A stretch of 64,000 bases of DNA from Eledone cirrhosa (GCA_964016885.1 OZ024747.1:18910001-18974000), one strand, 5' to 3'. Counted from the first letter of the stretch, positions 13,976 to 26,777 are shown. A program made the numbers and translations. The notes: generated by a model not told the origin, from the letters alone.

Positions 13976-15349
13976 TTAAAGTGTTTTAAATTTATCTAAA
14001 AACTTTCCATTATAATTTTATGTTTCAAACATCTTAACAATGAGAAAATGTGTTATATTACTAAATCCCTCCAAATACTTGATTATTTGAAAATCAGAGG
14101 CAGTGTCATTCATTAGAAATATGGTAACAAAAGAATTCAAGCAATAAATGAGTTGTTTTGAGAGAGATTTGGGTATTATTTCTAGCAGGTCAATCAATCA
14201 TGTATAAGTTCCCTATTTGGTTTAGTTAAATTACAAGGTTTGTATATATTTTAGCTCCAAATCATTTCAGATCATTTGGAGATGGTTGCTTCTAATAGGA
14301 AGCTCTGTAAGGTGTGTCTGAGGATCCTGACCCCATAACCTTCTCAAGAGGAAGATCCCTATGGAATTGGTGGAGGTTCCAGGAATAAAAATGTTGAGAT
14401 CCGAATAGAGTAGAGTGGATGAGATCAAAGCTACATTATACACACAAATCTCCAAGGGGGAAAGGAGGGGGGAGAGAGAGTGGAAGATAAAGAGAGTATA
14501 AAGAAAGTGAGAGGGGGGGGGAAGAGAGAGAAAGAAAGTGGAGGAAAAGAGAGGAAATGAGGAGGGAAACAGGAGTGAATGAGGATAGAGGAGGAGGGAA
14601 GGAAAAGTGAGAAAGAAAGGGAGGGAGGGGAAAATTGAGAGAGAGTGGAAGTTAAAAAGTAAGATAGGGGAAAAGTGAGAGAGAGAGGGGGGAGGAAAAA
14701 ATTGAGAGAGAGGGAGGAGGAAAAAATTGAGAGAGAGAGGGAGGAGGAAAAAATTGAGAGAGAGGGAGATGTATATAGAGAGAGTGGGTGGATATATATA
14801 GAGAGGGGGATATATATAGAGAGGGGGAGGGAGAGAGAGGGGTGTAATTATGGTGTTGGATATGAGTTCAAGCCCAATAGTGGTGTTACATGTCAGGACA
14901 AGTTAGTCTAGATTACTTCAGGAGAAATAGGAACCAGATCAAACTGGTTCAGTGTTTTCAGACCAGAGGCCATCAATCATGTCAGTCTGACATGCTATTA
15001 GCTCTCAACTCTTTACCATTCTTCTTTACCTGTGATGGCATGTGTGTATTTATGTGTGCAGGTGTGAATGCAGGTGTATGTGTGTATGCTTATGATGCAT
15101 ATGTGAATGTGTGCATGTGTGAGTGTGTGCATGTGTAACAGCTAATTCTACATTTAAATTCCTTATATATACAGGGCTTGCAAGCCTGAGATGAATAGCT
15201 TCCTCCACCATGAGAGATTATAACTGTATGTTATGTGTGAAGTCAACAAGAAAAACACAACACAGGCAAACAACGATGATATATATATTAGTTTAACATT
15301 TGATATATACATATATATGCATACATACATAGATTCTTATATACATGCA

Positions 15350-15561
15350 TTAGGCTGGTAAGAAAGCCGTTATTTTTGCCATAAATTTTGTGGAATTTTT
15401 TTTTTATGTTAGGGCAAAATTAATAAAATGTCGAGTTCTAAATTTTCCTCTTTTCTTTTGACAAATATCTAATGTTCTGTTGAATAAAACAACAATTTAT
15501 TAGACGCAGAAAAATTAGTGTAGATGAGACATATTTGAAATACTATCTTCTGTATGAGTTG
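15350..15561 (+). mobile_element. Decayed mariner 5' end (TIR-like sequence plus start of transposase)
   Basis: ttaggctggtaagaaagccgttatttttgccat resembles mariner TIRs. Downstream reads V-D-E-T-Y-L-K-Y-Y-L-L-Y-E, matching the mariner N-terminal H-x-R-H-C-L-L-Y-E-F motif. Confidence 0.55.
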
Positions 15562-16706
15562 AAACACTGTCTTCTCTATGAGATGAGCCGTAGTTAAGAC
15601 ACTGCCTTCTCTATGTGATGAGCCGTAGTTAAGACACTGCCTTCTCTATGAGATGAGCCGTAGTTAAGACACTGCCTTCTGTATCTGATGAGCCGTAGTT
15701 AAGACACTGCCTTCTGTATGTGATGAGCCATAGTTAAGACACTGCCTTCTGTATGTGATGAGCCGTAGTTAAGACACTGCCTTCTGTATGAGATGAGCCC
15801 TAGTTAAGACACTGCCTTCTCTATGAGATGAGCCGTAGTTAAGACACTGCCTTCTGTATGTGATGAGCCGTAGTTAAGACACTGCCTTCTGTATCTGATG
15901 AGCCGTAGTTAAGACACTGCCTTCTGTATGTGATGAGCCGTAGTTAAGACACTGCCTTCTCTATGAGATGAGCCATAGTTAAGACACTGCCTTCTCTATG
16001 AGATGAGCCATTGTTAAGACACTGCCTTCTCTATGAGATGAGCCATTGTTAAGACACTGCCTTCTCTATGAGATGAGCCGTAGTTAAGACACTGCCTTCT
16101 GTATGTGATGAGCCGTAGTTAAGACACTGCCTTCTGTATGAGATGAGCCCTAATTAAGACACTGCCTTCTCTATGAGATGAGCCGTAGTTAAGACACTGC
16201 CTTCTGTATGTGATGAGCTGTAGTTAAGACACTGCCTTCTGTATCTGATGAGCCGTAGTTAAGACACTGCCTTCTGTATGTGATGAGCCGTAGTTAAGAC
16301 ACTGCCTTCTCTATGAGATGAGCCATAGTTAAGACACTGCCTTCTCTATGAGATGAGCCATTGTTAAGACACTGCCTTCTCTATGAGATGAGCCATTGTT
16401 AAGACACTGCCTTCTCTATGAGATGAGCCGTAGTTAAGACACTGCCTTCTGTATGTGATGAGCCGTAGTTAAGACACTGCCTTCTCTATGAGATGAGCCG
16501 TAGTTAAGACACTGCCTTCTGTATGTGATGAGCCGTAGTTAAGATACTGCCTTCTCTATGAGATGAGCCGTAGTTAAGACACTGCCTTCTGTATGTGATG
16601 AGCCGTAGTTAAGACACTGCCTTCTCTATGAGATGAGCCGTAGTTAAGACACTGTCTTCTGTATGTGATGAGCCGTAGTTAAGACACTGCCTTCTGTAGG
16701 TGATGA
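15562..16706 (+). repeat. 35-bp minisatellite, ~32 copies
   Basis: Unit aagacactgccttct(c/g)tatg(a/t)gatgagccgtagtt, head-to-tail with no spacers. Confidence 0.95.
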
Positions 16707-16801
16707 GACACATCTGAGACACTGTCACAAATATGAATTTGAGACAAAAAAAAACAAGATGGTGTAGGACAGAACAAAGGAGAGACACAAAATAAAAACC
16801 T

Positions 16802-16846
16802 AGTGGCTGAGGAGGTCACAGAATGTGTGACGAAAGAGCTTTGACA
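16802..16846 (+). ncRNA. Degenerate hammerhead ribozyme motif
   Basis: CTGAGGA-gGTCACA(gaatg)TGTGAC-GAAA-gagc-TT-tgac. Stem I is mutated relative to the sister copy at 59376-59420. Confidence 0.6.
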
Positions 16847-17112
16847 ATATATAAACAACCATCCGGTTATCGAACCAACCAACCGACTGGAAATTTATAA
16901 TAAATTGAAGTGAAAACCAACAGGTGCGTGTGTTTTTATTGGCAGCATGACCCTCCCAAAGTATAACAATACATTTATATATATATAGTGTAACCACTAC
17001 TATCTTTGCATGTCGTATGAAGCAGCTTACTAACAATAGGTTAGTATAAAAAAAGGGCATCAAGTTGTTAAACGTCTTGTTCAACGAATACCAGCATGGC
17101 AAAGTTGATATA

Positions 17113-17150
<38 letters not shown>

Positions 17151-17551
17151 AGAGTGTGTGTGTGCGTGTGTGTGTGTGTGTTTTAAATAGACTAAAATGT
17201 ATTTAAAAGTACAAGTCAAAGTAGAGAGCAGCACATGTACCGAGATAAATAGTACAATGTATAGAAATAAGAGCTAAAGGGCAGAACAATGGTGAGACCC
17301 AGGTACATAGTGCAAAGTATTGAAATCACCAAGTAATTGTGTAATCTTCCTGTATATATATTATGGTTGAAGAAAACATTTGTCCTTGTGTAATTCAATG
17401 GGAAGGTATATAGGGAGAGAAAAGTAAAGGGAGCATTAGGTAGAAATGTAGCATTTAAGAGGGAAGGATATGTCTGTGTGTATATTTCCTAATGTTTGTT
17501 GAGTGAGCTGGAATTTGGCCGGAGTATCGCTTTTAGCTTTCTCCGATTATG

Positions 17552-17627
<76 letters not shown>

Positions 17628-17761
17628 CACACAATGGTCAGAATATTTTTCTCTTTTATCATTTTATCCTTCTACTGGTTTCAGTCATTAAGCTGTGGCG
17701 CTTCACCCAGATTTCATCGATCTCTTTTTTTTCGAACCTCTAAGTTACCAGACCTTAACAG

Positions 17762-17797
<36 letters not shown>

Positions 17798-17798
<1 letters not shown>

Positions 17799-17971
17799 GG
17801 AAAAGAGTCAGGACCCCGACGGCTGAGCTCCGGCCGTTTCGACAGCAGTTCTGATCTAGCTGTCGAAACGGCCGGAGATCAGCCGTCGGGGTCCTGACTC
17901 TTTTCCTATTACCCTAAGTATCGAGTACTCTGGTACGTTATGGTCCACCTGGTATCTTACCACACTTCCTT

Positions 17972-17975
<4 letters not shown>
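17798..17975 (+). mobile_element. (TA)n-embedded fold-back element, family C (probable Penelope-like 3' end)
   Basis: ~50-bp inverted arms (17798-17908) plus a unique tail, with (TA)n on both sides. Sister copies at 40360-40523, 41315-41453, 44242-44447, 47346-47440 (partial) and 59618-59850. Confidence 0.8.
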
Positions 17976-18010
<35 letters not shown>

Positions 18011-19034
18011 ATTGACTGAAGAGAAAGGACTGTTCTTTTTTTCGCTCTTTTTGTCTAGTGCGGCCCCCCCCCTCCACCCGCACCCTTTATATAACCGGTT
18101 TCATTCATTTTACTGCGGCCATGCCCTGATCAAAACCCGTCATCAATAACAATAATAATTCTAACATTGGCACGAGGCCAGCAATTTTGGGGAAGCGGAA
18201 AATCGATTATATCGACTCTAGTAACCTAACTGATACTTTGTTTTATCGACTCTGAAAATAAAATAAAAACTAAGTTGACCTAGGCAGGATTTGCCTTTCA
18301 TCCTTATAGGGTCGATAAAATAAAGTACTAACCAATAACACAATGGGGTCGATTTAATCGAATTTCTCCTCCCCCAAAATTGTTGGCCTTGTGTCTAAAT
18401 CAGAAACAATTATTATATTTAAAAAAAACAAAAAAACAAATGCTGAATGTCTAGAAGAGAATGCCATCATTACAGACAAAGGCAAGTAATAACCTCCAGA
18501 GAACAAACGAGATTTTTTTATGCAATGGAAACACAGTAACATCGAAATAAAGAGTCAGGGTGAAAAAAAAAATTATATATATATAACACAATGCCAAATT
18601 GACTGGCAAAAGAAAAAGTTCTGGCTAGCCTAAATGAACAGCTAAAACGAATGGAAGGTATATAGTAAACAATGTGTCTCGGCGTGCGTGTAGAAGGAAG
18701 TGAAGAGAAACCGAACAAGAGGAAAAGATGAAAAAAGAAAGAAAATATAAGGAAAAAAAACAAACGGTGAAGACAATAACAAGGAACTCGTGTATTTTTA
18801 TCAGTAAACGAACGGCGGTGGATCTCCGTCAGTTTCGATGATGAGTGTTCCAGTTGGACGATCAACGGAACAGCCGGCATATGAAATTTGCGTGTAAGTT
18901 GTTGAACATTCCCCAGACACGTGTTCCTTTAATGTAATTATCAGGGAGATTCAGCGAGACATCTTGTGAATTACAAGTACAATCCACACGACGGGTTTTT
19001 AAACAGTTTCCGTCTACCAAATTTCACTCACAGG

Positions 19035-19202
19035 CAGTGCCGGATTTACCATTGTGCTTAGGTGTGATTAAGAACATGGCCCGTTGGCACAGGAGGACCC
19101 ATCTATCTGCCAAAAAAAAAAAAATTACCTCATTCAGGGCCCAAGTAAAGGGCTCTATAACATCACTAGCACAGGGCTTCATTTGTCCTAAATCCGGCAC
19201 TG
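19035..19202. mobile_element. hAT-type MITE inserted in an older SINE
   Basis: TIR cagtgccggattta/taaatccggcactg with perfect 8-bp TSD ctcacagg. Second copy at 37133-37289. Confidence 0.9.
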
Positions 19203-20459
19203 CTCACAGGTTATGAGTCTGAGTGACACAAGTGTGTGACAAGATTATCCCTTTAAATTACAGGTACATCCATCCGGCGGGTTTCCAAACAGTTTCCATC
19301 CACTCAATTTCACTTACAAGGCATAGGGGGGGGGGGGGCCAACCTCGTGCTATGGTAAACGACACATGCATTGCAGGTATAAATGACCGAACAGCCAACC
19401 CTGCGGTGATCTCTTTGCTATAACAACACAACACTACAGAATGTGTTCTCTCTGCTATGACAACACAACACTATACATACACTATACTACAGAACAGAAC
19501 AATTCAAAAGCTTACAAATTCACTTTATTAATCAAGTGAATCTCTGCCAACATCCTGAAAGGAGATCTGCAACTTTTTTTACAAACCAAAGAAAGACAGC
19601 CTATAAACTAAATGATTCCCAGCCTTTTCACTACTAAAGACCCCTCTTATGTGAATGAATTTTCCCGTGTTACCCCCTGCTACAGTTACACCTCTCGCCG
19701 ATTGGTATACGGTAAAAATAACAATTGAAATAGAGAACTGTTTATACTTGAAGAAAAATGTATGTATGGTTAGATCCTTAACCCCTGATGGAGTCGTAGG
19801 AGCATTGTAATGACTTTAAACCTGGCTGTTTTCCAGGTCAGAACACAGTCGATTTCTTTGAGAGAGGCGGGGAGAATCGACCCCAATAGTGGAGTGGTAC
19901 TTTTTTTATCGACCTCGAGATGAAAGGCAGAGTTGACCGAGACATTTTTTTTAACTCAGAGCGTAAGGAGCCGCAATGAATACCGCAAAAAATTCCATCT
20001 GACGTTCTACGAGTCAGCCAACTTGCCACCTCTGAAGAATGGATACAAAACAGCAATAACAGAGTACTTGAAATTTAGAACTTAAGTTTACAGGCACTCA
20101 GGTTAGGAAGAACTGCTGGTGTAGATAATTGAATACAAATTCAGTGATAAGGATCGAATAACACCCTGCTAATGTCTTGAAGGGATGCATTGGAATTTAC
20201 CGTTTGTAACAAAATATTTTCAGGAAAAAAAAATTAACTGACGTTCCGATTCGTTTTTAATCTTTTTTTTTTTTCTTTCGAATTTATTCATTTATTTGAT
20301 AAATTGCTTCAAACATCGAAAATTACTCTTCTACCAAAAATGTGTTCTTTTTTTCAAAATGTCAAAAGGGATCACCACAACTGGTTTTTTTGGGGGGGGT
20401 TTTGTTTTTGTTTTTTGCTGTGGTTTGGCCCATTAAAAAATACTTTTAGTAGAAGCGAT

Positions 20460-20834
20460 AGTTAAATTTAATCGGACCGTCATTTTCCCCCGAAAAATCT
20501 TTGTTAAACGCTGGTGTACTCCAAAAATAACTTTGGAAATCGTGTGACGGCTGAATTTAAGTGGACCCCACACAGTCCAGATATAAGCCCCTCAGATCTC
20601 TTTCTTTGGGGCTATCTGAATGATAGGGTGTATGACAACAAACTCAGGACCATCACTGAACTAAATGAAAACATCAGGGAGGAGATCAGAGCCATCCCTA
20701 AGTCTATTTATAAAAACGTTATGCTAAACTTTGCCTTGCGTCTAAAAAAAAAAATGCATGGATTCAAATGGGGGATCACTTGGAATAAGTGCTGTAACTC
20801 TGGAAAGAAACATCAGAAGATAGTGAATTTTTGA
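20460..20834 (+). pseudogene. Tc1/mariner transposase C-terminal remnant
   Basis: ORF 20514-20834 contains WTPHSPDISPSDLFLWGYLNDRVY...TITELNENIREEIRAIP, the WPxxSPDLxPxDFFLWGYLK motif around the third catalytic D. The rest of the gene is deleted. Confidence 0.9.
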
Positions 20835-21451
20835 TATGTTGTTTTTAGTTACTCTAGAAGATCAGCAAGTGAAATCATGCACCTTGTCCTACAGAAATTT
20901 AGCCAGATAACTGAAAGCAGAGCTGTCAGATCAATTTCATAAAAATGTAGCACGAAGTCTTCAAAATGTAGTGGATGGAATGGACAAAATGAACATTTTT
21001 CTAGTAAACTATAAATATATATGGTATATAAAGATTGTTGGAAAGTCAATTCAGATTTACTTAGTTTATAATCATCACCCATGAAAAAATACGCCGAACG
21101 TGTGTTTGACTCCTTAAAATGTACGCATACAAACATACATTCAATGCATTTCCTATATCGGTCTATGATAATGTTCACTATGATAATGTTCACCTTCCGA
21201 TCAGTTTTGACCCTGTAAATAGTTATGTCTCTAAAGTTATACATTTAATCGTGTATGTCATTTGTACATATATATATATATATATTCAACATTTATGTAA
21301 TTATATCTTAGAAATAAATTATTAAAACATCGTCCTTATCTTTAATCATTTCCATGTGTCGGTAATCAACATAAACGCAAATTTCCCAATTTGTATCGTA
21401 GTTAATATATCCGGTAAACCTGGTATGTATGCATGTGTGTACGTGTATATA

Positions 21452-21508
<57 letters not shown>

Positions 21509-21877
21509 ATACTTGGGGAGGGTCATATTTGTGTAATACAGATACAATATAGACACAAAAACACATATATATAGTCTAACAAAGTTCTTTCGTTGCACAT
21601 TTGCAACATCGTCAGTGGTGCTATTATGTTTCCTCCCGTTGAATTGTATGCCTACGCCATCTTTATTTAGTCTGTTGGTCAGTCAATGGTAACATTGAGG
21701 ACCGAATAAATTAAATTAACCGATATAAAGGACACAAAAGCGAAAACCAACCAAACAGTGAGTGTGTTCTGTTATTAATTCTGGCAATTACACAAATATG
21801 ACCCTCCCCAAGTATCACAATATTTGTTTCGACACACGATTTCATATCAAAAACCTCGCAAAACTAATTCATCGCCG

Positions 21878-21924
<47 letters not shown>

Positions 21925-22639
21925 GATTATAATGATTATAATAATTGTTTCTACTTTAGGCACAAGGCCAGCAATCACCCAGTGTATTACTGGTACTTTA
22001 TTTTATCGACCCCGTAAGGATGAAAGGCAAAGTCAACCTCAGCGGGATTTATGATTATAATAATATTAATCAAAATGATTGTGTACAGTGCTCAGATGCA
22101 CTACAATTCATTAAAGGTGCATGTATAGTACATAGAATAATGTACAAATATATATATGCTGTACCAATCCTGGATTCCAAAAATTAAATACATTCAACGT
22201 TATTGCTGTCATTATTGACGGTGGCACTGGTCTAATAGCTTAATATGATATTCAATGGTATTCTTACTTTTGAAAATTAAAACTTCAATGTAACAAATAT
22301 TTCAACTTAAAAACATCGGGACGTGCAGTCCTGAAAGGTAGCCTAACTCGCTATTTGTATCCCATGCTGACCGGAATGTGACATTTAAACATTTAAACAC
22401 CAAAGTGCAAAACAATGATTTTATTACCAAACAAAGAAAAATAATAAAATCCAAACGATTAATTTCTTTTACTTTGGGAATTCTAAGCTGCCTGTGAAAT
22501 ATATATATTAGTTTCTCAGCTTTTGTATAGGTTAAACATAACATTCTATTTGTAACCAGAACAGGGAACAAAATAAATAATAGAATATAAACAAAGTGGG
22601 TATGGGAAAATAACTGTGGTAGTTAATCATGGGTTCTAA

Positions 22640-23090
22640 TTTAAGCACAAGGCCAGCAATTTCGGGGAAGTGGTAAGTCGATGAAATGGGACCAGTATTT
22701 GATTGGGACTTTATTTTATCGTCACCGGAAGGATGAAAGGCAAAGTTAACCTTGATAGGATTTGAAACCGAGAAAGTAAAGAGCTGGAACAAATACCGTA
22801 AAGCATTCGGTCAATCCACTGCCCTTGTAGTAAATAATTATATATGCTCGGAAGGGCGTTGGATTGGTATCGGTAGAGCGTCAGACAAAGCACAAGGCCA
22901 GCAATTTCGGGGAAGTGGTAAGTCGATGAAATTCGACCAAATATTTGATTGGGACTTTATTTTATCGTCACCGGAAGGATGAAAGGCAAAGTTAAACTTG
23001 ACAGGATTTGAAGCTGGAACAAATGCCGTAAAGCATTTAGTCAATCCACTGTCCTTGTCGTAAATAATTATATAAGTCCGGAAGGGCGGT
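22640..23090 (-). repeat. ~245-bp tandem duplication of a SINE fragment
   Basis: gcacaaggccagcaatttcggggaagtggtaagtcgatgaaat... occurs at ~22645 and ~22890. Confidence 0.8.
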
Positions 23091-24908
23091 GGATTGGTAT
23101 CGGTAGAACGTCGGACAACATATTTTGCTGTATTTAGTTTCTACGTTCTGAGTTCCAATCCCGCCGAGGTCAACTTTACCTTTCATCCTTCCGAGGACGA
23201 TAAAAGAAAGCCCCAGTTAAGTACTATGATTGGTATTAAACGACTTTCTCTTTCACCAAAATTGTTAGCCTTGTGCCAATGCTAGTAGGAATTATATACA
23301 CCCGGATCTAGAAGTAAGCACAGGGGAAAATTTTTAAATAAATAAAAGTGAACGCATATTCTGTCGATTTAGATGATAAGCAAACCAAACTAGAAAAGGG
23401 CAGATGGACCAGATGCCAGAGGCCTACAGTTTTGAGACCTACTTACCCCAGGTTCAAGTTATCTTTGTTGTAGTAGTATCAACAGTAGCAGCATATTTAT
23501 TACTGTCTTTGTGGGATAAATACATTATATGAAATTATTTAGCAACTTTAAGCACATCATACACACTACATGTACAATATCAGTAATCCACACAAATTAT
23601 TTGTATTTAACACTGATTTACTAAAAGTACTTCGTGATGAGTTTGAAAAAGGGCCTACATTTAACATCTAGACAGGGCCTATTACAAACTTTGGGAGCAT
23701 CCATTTCATATCTTGTCTTGACCTATTACCAGCTTTGCATGGGCTTAATAAATAGTCCCATTGTTCAACCAACTGAAGTATCCACTCATTAAATTATTGT
23801 GCATGTGGCTGAGTATTCCGCTGACAATTGTACCTTGAATAATGTCCAGGTAGAATCAATTTAGAAGGCGCGTGGCTTTGTGGTTAGATAGTTTGATTCT
23901 CAGTCATGAGGTTGCGAGTTCCATTCTCGGACCGGGTGATGCGTTATGTCCTTGAGCAAGACACTTTATTTCATGTTGTACTTTCTGCCAGGAGTTGTGA
24001 CCGGTAGATAGTATCAACAAAATGGAAACATTGTTTCGTTAGTCCGATTTGACGAGGTTCACCCCACTCGGCAAGAGAATGAGGTCTAGGATCTTGTTGA
24101 TCGATCAGAGCGAGAATCAATGTGAAAGGGCTGGCGCTTTAAATGGCAAGTACAGTTCATCCGACGGGCTTACTTGCAGTATGTGCCTAACCAATTACAT
24201 TTGGATCGACTCGATACTTGTCTAAGATGCTAGACAATGTGATCGAACCCGGGACACCTGATTACGAAACGAACTGCTTAACCACATGACCAAACTTGCA
24301 TCTGCACGCACGAACATATACCTTACTGTCTGAAATGTATATTCATTCATAACGAACTATTTCACCTTAACAACTATGTCGTCGCGTGCTTTATACATGC
24401 ATAATTGTTTAGAAATATAGATTTCAAATTTTACAAACTGGTTCTTGTTTACTCGTAGATTATCCCAGATCGAAGAGACCAATTTGAGTCGTTCCCATCC
24501 CATTTTTTTTTTTCGTTTCGGACATACTATATCTAAGGCTACATTCTCCAATGTGTCATTTCTTATTTTTTAAGCTCCCATAAGCAAATGGAATTATTGA
24601 TATGGGGCTACGATTTCGATGAGAGAAGGAGGTTTACACGCCTAAAGCTCTAGTGCTTTTATTGTTCTGTTCTGTTACTTATAAGTACATCATGTGCATT
24701 ATATGTACATTGGAGGGGGGCTCCAGAGCCCCTTAAATGTGCGGGTCCCTTTCCCCTCCACATTTTTCTTCTTTATTATCGTTCCACCTCTCTCCCCCCT
24801 TTTTTTTAGTACTATATACGAGATATATCTGCATAGTGTTAGGCTTATTAAATAAGCCGAATACTTGTACATGGATATATAAACCGTATATATATATGCA
24901 TGAATCAT

Positions 24909-25282
24909 ATATCTAACATTGATTACTAAATTACTCAATAATTACTTTGAAATGGGACCTACATTTCATATCTGGTCGAGGCCTATAACCATCTTTGCCT
25001 GGACCTGGTAGAGTGTGATATGAAAAGGATTTGGCTGTTATTTCTGTCAGGGCATCTGACTAAGTAAATGGTTTTAAAAATCGGTATTTAAAGAATATCT
25101 AACATTGATTACTAAATTACTCAATAATTACTTTGAAATGGGACCTACATTTCATATCTGGTCGAGGCCTATAACCATCTTTGCCTGGACCTGGTAGAGT
25201 GTGATATGAAAAGGATTTGGCTGTTATTTCTGTCAGGGCATCTGACTAAGTAAATGGTTTTAAAAATCGGTATTTAAAGAAT
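24909..25282. repeat. Near-perfect 186-bp tandem duplication
   Basis: atctaacattgattactaaattactc...ggtatttaaagaat repeated at 24911 and 25097. Confidence 0.9.
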
Positions 25283-26670
25283 TCGCGCTAACGAATTTTC
25301 TACTAGTTAGTTATTCAATTAGGCTTTAATTAACTAACTATGCAAACATTCAGTCGAGATGAGATAAATGAGCCCAATGTCATCACACCTACTAGAAATA
25401 GCAGTCAAATCTCCCTCAAATCATAACTTACTGTCTTAGAAAAAAAGAAAGGGTATACTGGATAACGTAGCCCTATTTTTCAATTTCATTTTGAACACAA
25501 AAATTACATAAAAGTGCAATGTATGAACAGACAATGTAAAGACTATGTTCGAGGCTAAAATTGGCGGTAGATAAATTGTCCGGATAAAACAGACTTTTAT
25601 AGGCCCTAAGCATTGAAAAAATATGGAGTCCTCCTTTTTATAGGCCCCGGTTCAGCTGCAACATTGCACCACGATCTATTGTAAATCTGTGGGGCCCTTC
25701 TTTACCTGATATCCTAAGTACGTCCTTATGTTGCTTAATAGTTAATGCAGGTTATGTGTTTGTGAGAGAGAGAGATCATGGGTGACTTAAGTAGTTAGAC
25801 AACATGTGTAGTCGTTAAGTTTCGAAATAACCGAATTTAAACAATTACTAAATAATCGAATGAGCGATTAAGTAAAATGTTTCTCATTACATTTTTACTT
25901 TCGCTATGGAAAATATATTTTTTAATCTTTAAAATGTACATTGGTAACTTTTTATTATTAAACCCGTGTCTCCTTATGGGGTCGATAAAATAAAGCACCA
26001 GTAACGTACTGGTGTCGATTTCTAATAGTAGAAATCATTGCAGTATCGGTAGAGGGTCGGGCGCCATACTTTCCAGCATAGTTACGTCCCTTTGCGGTCT
26101 GAGTTCAAATCCCGCCGAGGTTAACTTTGCCTTTCATCCAACCGGGGTCGATAAAATAAAGTACCAGTAATGTACTGAGTAATTGATGGCCTTGTGCCAA
26201 AAGTAGAAACAATTATTAAACTCGTGTCTGAGACGTATATTTTGGAGTTCTGGGATGGAAGAACCACAGAAATTGAGTAATTTACGACGATTTTGAAGAC
26301 TGTATTCGTTCAAAGCACATAAAAAACAAATTTCACTACCCTTGAAATATAAAAAAAATTAACTGTGCATTTAGCTCATTACACTTGTTTAGGTTTTCGA
26401 TCACGAACTTTAGCCAAACTTTTTTTTTTTTTCAAATAAACACATTTTATATTTAAAAAAGGACATTTTTTTAAGGAAGCCAATGCACACAACTGAGTAG
26501 CGGTTAAGATTAAAGAAAACTTTTGATTTCTGCATTATTACACATCATTTCAATTGGAAACAAACATTACCATACATCTAACTGAATCCTAAACTTCACC
26601 CTAAACCCAAACTTTGTTTATTTTAATTTGAAATGCCGTGTAATAACGATGCGCCTCACACACACACACA

Positions 26671-26724
<54 letters not shown>

Positions 26725-26777
26725 TTACATATAAATTAAGAGAGGACAAGACAACGAACGAAAAACAATTTTTTAAG

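Noticed and set aside
15562-16706. CRISPR-like array (35-bp period)
   Set aside because: Units are contiguous with no unique spacers, there are no cas genes, and the context is eukaryotic.
21195-21216. Apparent Tc1 right TIR ttttgaccctgta
   Set aside because: It aligns with the ancient repeated module (5100/9430 copies), and no matching left TIR was found.
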